Of a stretch of 47,592 nucleotides of DNA, positions 42,201 to 47,592 are shown piece by piece; position 1 is the stretch's first letter, and each line of letters opens with the position of its first letter. The translations under genes and the position numbers were made by a program. The notes under the pieces are model-generated. The model was not told where the DNA came from. It made no database searches and saw only the letters and a list, made by a program, of their open reading frames with translations. Source of the DNA: an uncultured Planctomycetota bacterium (lineage in GTDB: Bacteria; Planctomycetota; SKW154); the NCBI GenBank assembly GCA_964584815.1, contig CAZPBO010000002.1, positions 1 through 47,592 of the forward strand, read 5' to 3'.

Positions 42201-42234
42201 AAGGCCCGTGTCCTAGCCTTTAGACGACGGGGCC
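42163..42234 (-). tRNA. tRNA-Glu (anticodon UUC)
   Basis: The reverse complement GGCCCCGTCGTCTAAAGGCTAGGACACGGGCCTTTCAAGCCCGAGGTGCGGGTTCGATTCCCGTCGGGGCTA folds as a cloverleaf. Anticodon arm CGGGC-CTTTCAA-GCCCG, 4-nt variable loop, G1:U72 wobble. No encoded CCA. Confidence 0.85.
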
Positions 42235-42617
42235 GAACCAAACTTGTCCATTATATTTTTAAGCCCTTTTACCAGTTCGTCAATCGCCTGAGCGTGAGTT
42301 TCAAGAATTTTCTGCTGGGCAAGCAGTTGCATCTCAAGGCGTTGCAGCCGAGCCATTATATCCATATCCTCGTGCTGCTCCATTTTGGACAGCATCTCAA
42401 TCTCGCCCTGCATCTTACCAAATGAGGCTATCATGCGCTGCTCCACGGTATCCAACCGCCCACTTATGGTGGAAAACGCTTCCTTTACCGCCGCTTTCAC
42501 CTCGCTCCTCACAAGACCGCGAACTTTCTTTAACTCTGCGTCCACCTGCTCCTTGACCGTATCACAAATCTGCTGCTCTATCGGTTTGAAACCGATTTTC
42601 TTCTCTTTCTTCGCCAT
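42213..42617 (-). CDS. Hypothetical coiled-coil protein (134 aa) downstream of hypD
   Basis: Start at ATG 42617 (GGGGGA RBS) gives MAKKEKKIGFKP. Heptad-like, Glu/Lys/Gln/Met-rich. Its last 22 nt, including the TAG stop, lie inside tRNA-Glu. Confidence 0.45.
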   Translation of the reverse strand: MAKKEKKIGFKPIEQQICDTVKEQVDAELKKVRGLVRSEVKAAVKEAFSTISGRLDTVEQRMIASFGKMQGEIEMLSKMEQHEDMDIMARLQRLEMQLLAQQKILETHAQAIDELVKGLKNIMDKFGSAPSSKG

Positions 42618-42663
42618 ATCTGTCCCCCAACGCAACAACATTGAACCGAATTTTCAGGCTATG

Positions 42664-43761
42664 TCAAGCCAAACCATTTAAGGTTGGGGGATGTTTGAAG
42701 AAAGCGGCACACGCTCCTTCTGACGACACCATACAGGGTCCGACAGGGTGTTCGGGACGGCACTGGTTGGCGAAGAGGGCGCAGTCAGGTGGCAGACAGA
42801 GTCCCTGCATAATGTGTCCGCAGCGGCAGCGTGGGTCGGGCTTGCCGCGTTTGATTTTCACTCCCAGAACGCGCTCTGCGTCAAAGTCGGCGAACTCCTC
42901 CCGCAGGCGCAAGCCAGATTTCGGGATGCGCCCGATGCCGCGCCAATCCGCGTCGCACTCCTCAAAAACCTCCCTCATCACCGCAAGCGCTTTCTGGTTG
43001 CCCTCATAGCGCACCGCACGCCTGTATTGCGTTTCCACTTTTGCTTCGCCACGCCTTAACTGGCGCAGAATCATCAGTATCCCCTCAAGCACATCCAACG
43101 CTTCAAAACCGGTAATGACACAGGGGCGGCGGAATTTTTCGGCGATTGGCTCATAGGGTTTTGCGCCGATAATTGTGGAGACATGACCTGGGCAGATAAA
43201 GGCGTCAATACGGGTTTTTTGTGAGGAGAGGAGTGCCGCCATAGCGGGCGGGATGGTTTTGTGAGCGACCAGAAAAAGCAGATTTTTGATGTTCTGTTCT
43301 TTTGCGCTGATGATGGTGGCGGCGATGGTGGGGGCGGTGGTCTCAAAGCCGACGGCGAGGAAGACGACGGTTTTTGATGTTCGGCGGGCAAGAGGTATTG
43401 TGTCGGCGGCGGAATAGACCACATAGTGGTTGCCCACACTATCAAGGCTTATGCGGTCTGTGCCTGGAACGCGAACCATATCGCCGAAAGTTGCAACGAC
43501 AACATCGTCGCGTTGAGCCAACTGGCAGGCGGCGTCCACATAACCTGCAACCGTGACACAAACAGGGCATCCTGGACCTGACAGCAGACGCACATTTTGG
43601 GGCATCATAGCGCGGATGCCGAATTGCGCTATAGCCATAGTGTGGGTGCCGCAGACCTCCATCAGGCTGACGGTGCGGTCAATTTCTTTGGCTTCTTTAT
43701 GGATGGCTTGCACCAGAGCCCTTGCCAGTTTCGGGTCGCGAAAAATCTTGCTCGGCAGCAT
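42664..43761 (-). CDS. hypD: Hydrogenase maturation protein HypD
   Basis: FRDPKLARALVQAIHKEA, MEVCGTHTMAI, GPGCPVCV and the C-terminal CxxH-type block FICPGHVS. AAGGAG RBS 7 nt upstream. Confidence 0.95.
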   Translation of the reverse strand: MLPSKIFRDPKLARALVQAIHKEAKEIDRTVSLMEVCGTHTMAIAQFGIRAMMPQNVRLLSGPGCPVCVTVAGYVDAACQLAQRDDVVVATFGDMVRVPGTDRISLDSVGNHYVVYSAADTIPLARRTSKTVVFLAVGFETTAPTIAATIISAKEQNIKNLLFLVAHKTIPPAMAALLSSQKTRIDAFICPGHVSTIIGAKPYEPIAEKFRRPCVITGFEALDVLEGILMILRQLRRGEAKVETQYRRAVRYEGNQKALAVMREVFEECDADWRGIGRIPKSGLRLREEFADFDAERVLGVKIKRGKPDPRCRCGHIMQGLCLPPDCALFANQCRPEHPVGPCMVSSEGACAAFFKHPPTLNGLA

Positions 43762-43969
43762 CCGCTATCTCCTTCAACAGACGCAGGGTCTCAAGCGCTT
43801 CCTCCTCCGAGTAACGCTCTATGGCAAAGCCTGCGTGCACCAAGACCCAGTTTCCAACCTCTACATCAGGCAGAAGGGAAAAGTCCGCTTCTCGCCTTAC
43901 CCCTCCAAAATCCACAACCCCCTTGTTGCCTTGTCTCTTTACCACCTTTGCTGGAACCGCAAGACACAT
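43697..43969 (-). CDS. hypC: Hydrogenase maturation chaperone HypC/HupF family
   Basis: MCLAVPAKVV N-terminal Cys2 signature and WVLVHAGFAI. A 21-aa C-terminal extension overlaps hypD by 65 nt. Confidence 0.9.
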   Translation of the reverse strand: MCLAVPAKVVKRQGNKGVVDFGGVRREADFSLLPDVEVGNWVLVHAGFAIERYSEEEALETLRLLKEIADAAEQDFSRPETGKGSGASHP

Positions 43970-43972
43970 ATC

Positions 43973-46261
43973 TCACCTCCTTGAAGCGAACGCTGCAAAT
44001 AGCGCCTGACCGAGAGAGATGCCGCCGTCATTGGGCGGCACATTTGTGTGGGTTAGAACACGAAAGCCGTTCTGTTGCAGGAGTTGGCGGATACGCAGAT
44101 GGAGGAAGCGGTTCTGGAAGGAGCCACCTGATAGGACGACTGTTTTTGTGGGGAAGCGTTGTGATGTGGCGCGGACGAGGTCCACAGTTGCGGCGGCGAC
44201 CATCTCGTGCCAGCCGAGTGCTATCTCCCCACGCTCGCGTCCTGACGCCACATCTCCCACAAGCGCCACCACCGCATCCGATGGGTCCGCGACAAATCGC
44301 TCACCTTCCCTCCGCACAGAATACGGGTAACGGTAAGGGTTTTTGGGAATATCGCGTTTAAGGAGTTTCCACAAAGCGGCTTCCAATTCCGCCGGTGCCT
44401 GCCCTTCATATGTGTTGGTAAAGCATATACCGCATATGGCGGCTGCCGCGTCAAACCACCGTCCCATTGAGGTGGCGCTGACCACCGCAACTTGTGCCTT
44501 CAGCATAGAAAGAACCGCCTCCACATCCGCGGCTTTGACGACGCCGAAAAGGGGTATATCCACATCGTGCATCCTGCCACCGAATATGTCGTAAAGCACG
44601 GCAACAGCAACCTTCCAGGTCTTGCGAATCGCCGCCTCACCGCCCGCAAGCGCTATCTGTCTCCAAGTTCCTACCCGTTTGTAGCGCACCCCATCAACAA
44701 ACAGAATCTCAGCGCCCCACACCGTTCCGTCCGCTCCGTATCCCACACCATCATATGCCACCCCAATTGCTGGCTCTTTTAAGCCATGCTCTGCAAGACA
44801 AGAGAGGATATGAGCGTGATGGTGCTGGACGGCGAGGCGGCGTAGTCCCATCCGCGCCGCGTGCTTCGTCGTGAAATAGTCGGGATGCATATCGTGCACA
44901 ACAAGGGTTGGTTTTATCTGAAAGAGGCGCTTTATGTGCTCAAGTGTTGCCTCAAACGCCTGGTATGTCCGCAGGTTGTGCATATCGCCCAGATGCTGGC
45001 TTATGAAGGCTTCTTTGAGGCGCGTAAGGCAAATAGTGTTTTTCTCTTCTGCGCCGAGGGCGACGAGTGAGGGCGGGGCAAGCGGCAACTCAACCGGTTC
45101 TGGAACCCAGCCCCTCGCCCGACGAACCATCACACAGTCCTCAAACATATCCCGAACCACGGAATCGTCGTTCTGCACGGAGATAGGGCGGTTATGAAGA
45201 AGAAAGGCGTCCACGAAGTCGGATAGGTCGTCAAGGGCGACATCGTTTTCGTGGATTGTCGGTTCTTCGGCGCGGTTTCCGCTTGTCATAACGAGCGCTT
45301 CAAAATTGGTGTGAAGAAGGATATGGTGGAGGGGAGTGTATGGTAGCATAACGCCGAGGTCGGACAGGTTTGGCGCAACGAGTTGCGAGATAGGCGCATC
45401 TTCGTTCTTTGGGGCAAGCACAATAGGTGCGCGCCACGATTTGAGCAACTCCTCCGCCGCAGGGGAAAGATGCACAAATCTGCGGGCGGTCTCTGCACTT
45501 GCCACCATCAAGGCGAACGGTTTTGCAGGACGCTTCTTACGCTCCCGCAGCCGCCTTAATGCCTTGTCATTTTGCGGGTCGCAGGCAATGTGGAAACCAC
45601 CCAACCCCTTTATCGCCAAAATCTTGCCGTCTTTGAGCATCTTAACGGCGCTTTTTATGGGGTCTTTTGCGCGGATTTTTTTGCCACGCGAATCGCAAAG
45701 CCAGATATGCGGTCCGCAGACGGGGCACGCGTTGGGTTGGGCGTGGTAGCGGCGGTCGGCTATGTCGTCGTATTCACGACGGCACTGCTCGCACATCGCA
45801 AACTCCCGCATCGTTGTGCGGTCACGGTCGTAGGGCAAATCCAAAACGATTGTGTAGCGGGGACCGCAATTTGTGCAGTTTGTGAAGGGGTAAAGATAAC
45901 GGCGGTCTTCGGGGTCAAAGACCTCCTGCAGACAGGCGTCGCAGGTGGCGACATCTGGGGGAAGGAGAACGCGCTTTCTGCCGCGCCTTGTGCTGGGCTT
46001 GACGGTAAACTCCTTCTGGTTGCGGGGTTTAAGAGGGGTGCGCTTTATGTGAGTGATGTGCGCAAGTGGTGGCGCTTCTTCTGTTAAGCGTTTCACAAAA
46101 TCATTCAGCCGTTTTTGGCTACCCTCCGCCTCTATCTCCACACCTCCGGGGACATTTTTGACAGAGCCGGCAAGACGAAGGCGCCGCGCCAAACGCACCA
46201 CAAATGGTCTAAAGCCCACTCCCTGAACCACGCCAAAGACCGCTATTTTCTCTCGCCTCAT
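43973..46261 (-). CDS. hypF: Carbamoyltransferase HypF
   Basis: Start at ATG 46261 overlaps the hypB stop (ATGA). Acylphosphatase domain VQGVGFRPFV, two zinc-finger pairs (CDACLQE...CTNCGPRYT; CEQCRRE...CPVCGP), then YrdC-like and Kae1-like domains. Confidence 0.95.
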   Translation of the reverse strand: MRREKIAVFGVVQGVGFRPFVVRLARRLRLAGSVKNVPGGVEIEAEGSQKRLNDFVKRLTEEAPPLAHITHIKRTPLKPRNQKEFTVKPSTRRGRKRVLLPPDVATCDACLQEVFDPEDRRYLYPFTNCTNCGPRYTIVLDLPYDRDRTTMREFAMCEQCRREYDDIADRRYHAQPNACPVCGPHIWLCDSRGKKIRAKDPIKSAVKMLKDGKILAIKGLGGFHIACDPQNDKALRRLRERKKRPAKPFALMVASAETARRFVHLSPAAEELLKSWRAPIVLAPKNEDAPISQLVAPNLSDLGVMLPYTPLHHILLHTNFEALVMTSGNRAEEPTIHENDVALDDLSDFVDAFLLHNRPISVQNDDSVVRDMFEDCVMVRRARGWVPEPVELPLAPPSLVALGAEEKNTICLTRLKEAFISQHLGDMHNLRTYQAFEATLEHIKRLFQIKPTLVVHDMHPDYFTTKHAARMGLRRLAVQHHHAHILSCLAEHGLKEPAIGVAYDGVGYGADGTVWGAEILFVDGVRYKRVGTWRQIALAGGEAAIRKTWKVAVAVLYDIFGGRMHDVDIPLFGVVKAADVEAVLSMLKAQVAVVSATSMGRWFDAAAAICGICFTNTYEGQAPAELEAALWKLLKRDIPKNPYRYPYSVRREGERFVADPSDAVVALVGDVASGRERGEIALGWHEMVAAATVDLVRATSQRFPTKTVVLSGGSFQNRFLHLRIRQLLQQNGFRVLTHTNVPPNDGGISLGQALFAAFASRR

Positions 46262-46926
46262 CCGCGGAACGCCTCCATCCTCTGAAGCAGCCATTGCGCC
46301 ACATCGTCCACACCGTCTCCTTTGGCGGCGGAGATGGTGAAGACCGCCGCGGCGGGGTTGACCTGTGCTACACTTCTGCGCAAATCTGCCATCTCAACGC
46401 CGGCAGCGCCTGCTATGTCCGCCTTGTTGAGCGCTACTAACCCCGCGCGCATAAACATCAACGGATATTTACGCGGCTTGTCCGCGCCCTCTGTCGCCGA
46501 ATAGACCACAAAACGCAGCGCCTCACCAAGGTCAAATTCGGCAGGACACACAAGATTCCCCACATTCTCAATGAACAAAAGTCCAAACTCACTTTGCTGT
46601 GTGAGGTGGTCAACAGCGTGGGCTACCTGTTCAGCGAGCAGATGGCAGGCGCCGTAGGTGTTTGTCTGCTGAACGGGAACGCCACAGGCAGTTATGCGTC
46701 TTGCGTCATCGTCACCTGCTATGTCGCCTTCCACCACTGCCACAGAGACATGCGGTGTAAGAAGCGGTATCAGGCGCTCAAGAAGCGTGGTTTTGCCCGC
46801 CCCGGGCGCGCCCATCAGATTCACGCAAAATATTCCCCGCTCAAGGAAAAAGCGCCTGTTTTGCGCCGCCACCTCATCGTTGCGCTTCAACACTGGCTCC
46901 TCAAAACGCGCCTGCTCTATGTGCAT
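46258..46926 (-). CDS. hypB: Hydrogenase nickel-incorporation GTPase HypB
   Basis: Start at ATG 46926 (AGGAGGG RBS). P-loop GAPGAGKTTLLERL, ENVGNLVCPAEFDLGE and NKADI. No His-rich or CxxCGC N-terminal metal site. Confidence 0.93.
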   Translation of the reverse strand: MHIEQARFEEPVLKRNDEVAAQNRRFFLERGIFCVNLMGAPGAGKTTLLERLIPLLTPHVSVAVVEGDIAGDDDARRITACGVPVQQTNTYGACHLLAEQVAHAVDHLTQQSEFGLLFIENVGNLVCPAEFDLGEALRFVVYSATEGADKPRKYPLMFMRAGLVALNKADIAGAAGVEMADLRRSVAQVNPAAAVFTISAAKGDGVDDVAQWLLQRMEAFRG

Positions 46927-46987
46927 CTTTTCCCTCCTACTATGCGCACGCGCCATATTTTGCCGCATAACACGCCACGCTTCAAAG

Positions 46988-47028
46988 CAAACAAAAGAGC
47001 CGACCGACAAATTTATGCCAGCCGGCTC
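46988..47028 (-). terminator. Rho-independent terminator upstream of the hypB operon (ends the preceding gene)
   Basis: Minus strand: GAGCCGGCTGGCA-TAAATT-TGTCGGTCGGCTC, about a 13-bp stem including G:U pairs, followed by TTTTGTTTG. Confidence 0.5.
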
Positions 47029-47064
47029 CTCTTTATGCTTCAGATACTACATCAGGTGCTTTCT

Positions 47065-47592
47065 CTACCACTCAAACCCTTCATCCCCCTCAAGCATCTC
47101 TTCCAATTTGCGCCGTATTATCTTCTCGGCATTGGCGAGGTAGCGGTCGTGCAGACCCTTCAAGTGTTCCAATTCGCGCGCCAACTCCTCCATCTCACAC
47201 TCCATCTCCCTCATCCGCGTCTTGAACAGCGCCGTCAACACCTCCTTCAGTTCTCTGCGGAAACGCTCCTTCTCATCAGGGGAGTTTGTTTGCTTGAACG
47301 CCTCCGCCAACTCCTCTGCTTTGTGCTTCAGACGCATCGCCTTCACCCGCAACTCAAACCGCTCCTTGTCTTCCCGACGCAACCTCTCAAGGTCGTCACA
47401 CATCCGCTCCAATCCGCGCACAATATCAGGCAACTCGGATGGCTCTGCGTGAAGTGCTCTCTCCAGCAACCAAGGAGCCACCTCCCTTAAAAGTGCGAAT
47501 CTGTCACTTTTCAAAAACGCTTTCAAATCCTCGTCTCTGGGTTCCCGCGGTGGTCTCTCTTCGGGACCTTCTTCCGGACGCGGCGGTCTGAA
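47065..47592 (-). CDS. Hypothetical coiled-coil protein, 5' end beyond window
   Basis: The reading frame stays open to the window edge (FRPPRPEEGPEERPPREPRDEDLKAF... precedes the listed TTG start). It is Arg/Glu/Lys-rich and helical. No motif recognised. Confidence 0.45.
   Translation of the reverse strand, partial: FRPPRPEEGPEERPPREPRDEDLKAFLKSDRFALLREVAPWLLERALHAEPSELPDIVRGLERMCDDLERLRREDKERFELRVKAMRLKHKAEELAEAFKQTNSPDEKERFRRELKEVLTALFKTRMREMECEMEELARELEHLKGLHDRYLANAEKIIRRKLEEMLEGDEGFEW

Noticed and set aside
46594-47490. 298-aa plus-strand ORF (and 46694..47143)
   Set aside because: It is antisense to hypB and the upstream coiled-coil gene and crosses the intergenic terminator. No motifs were seen.
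1-47592. CRISPR arrays, transposons, prophage or integrative islands next to the six tRNA genes
   Set aside because: I saw no regularly spaced direct repeats, no integrase, transposase or recombinase-like ORFs, and no obvious duplicated tRNA 3' segments. I could only scan by eye, so short att-like repeats cannot be excluded.

Overview
This is a very densely packed bacterial chromosomal segment with about 46 protein genes and 6 tRNA genes. I saw no rRNA, CRISPR array, transposase, integrase or phage genes. Intergenic gaps are short, many neighbouring genes overlap by 4 nt (ATGA/TTGA type), and several convergent gene pairs overlap at their 3' ends.

Housekeeping anchors:
- tRNA-Gly(UCC)-tRNA-Thr(GGU)-tuf-rpmG
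- aspS and nagA
- arcC-dnaE
- htrA-bioA
- cca
- a hypB-hypF-hypC-hypD [NiFe]-hydrogenase maturation operon

Between these lie many signal-peptide or lipoprotein genes of unknown function. They are built from a few shared modules:
- an N-terminal beta/TPR-like module
- a C-terminal alpha/beta-hydrolase plus beta-tail module
- a paralogous pair of terpenoid-cyclase-fold proteins
- a 7-fold repeat lipoprotein

Candidates I consider most worth follow-up:
- a GalE epimerase fused to a double T2SSE_N/MshEN-like motif, a possible c-di-GMP receptor tail
- two translationally coupled secreted proteins with secretin-like sequence logic, directly behind a B12-binding radical SAM gene that is coupled to dnaE
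- a minimal ExbB/ExbD pair coupled upstream to an uncharacterised 428-aa membrane protein and downstream to cca and a GT4 glycosyltransferase
- an SAM-hydrolase / small-basic-protein / DUF89 / SPOR operon

All functional calls come from motif recognition by eye. No database searches were run. The taxon cannot be fixed from the sequence; the gene content is loosely reminiscent of PVC-like or candidate-phylum diderm bacteria.
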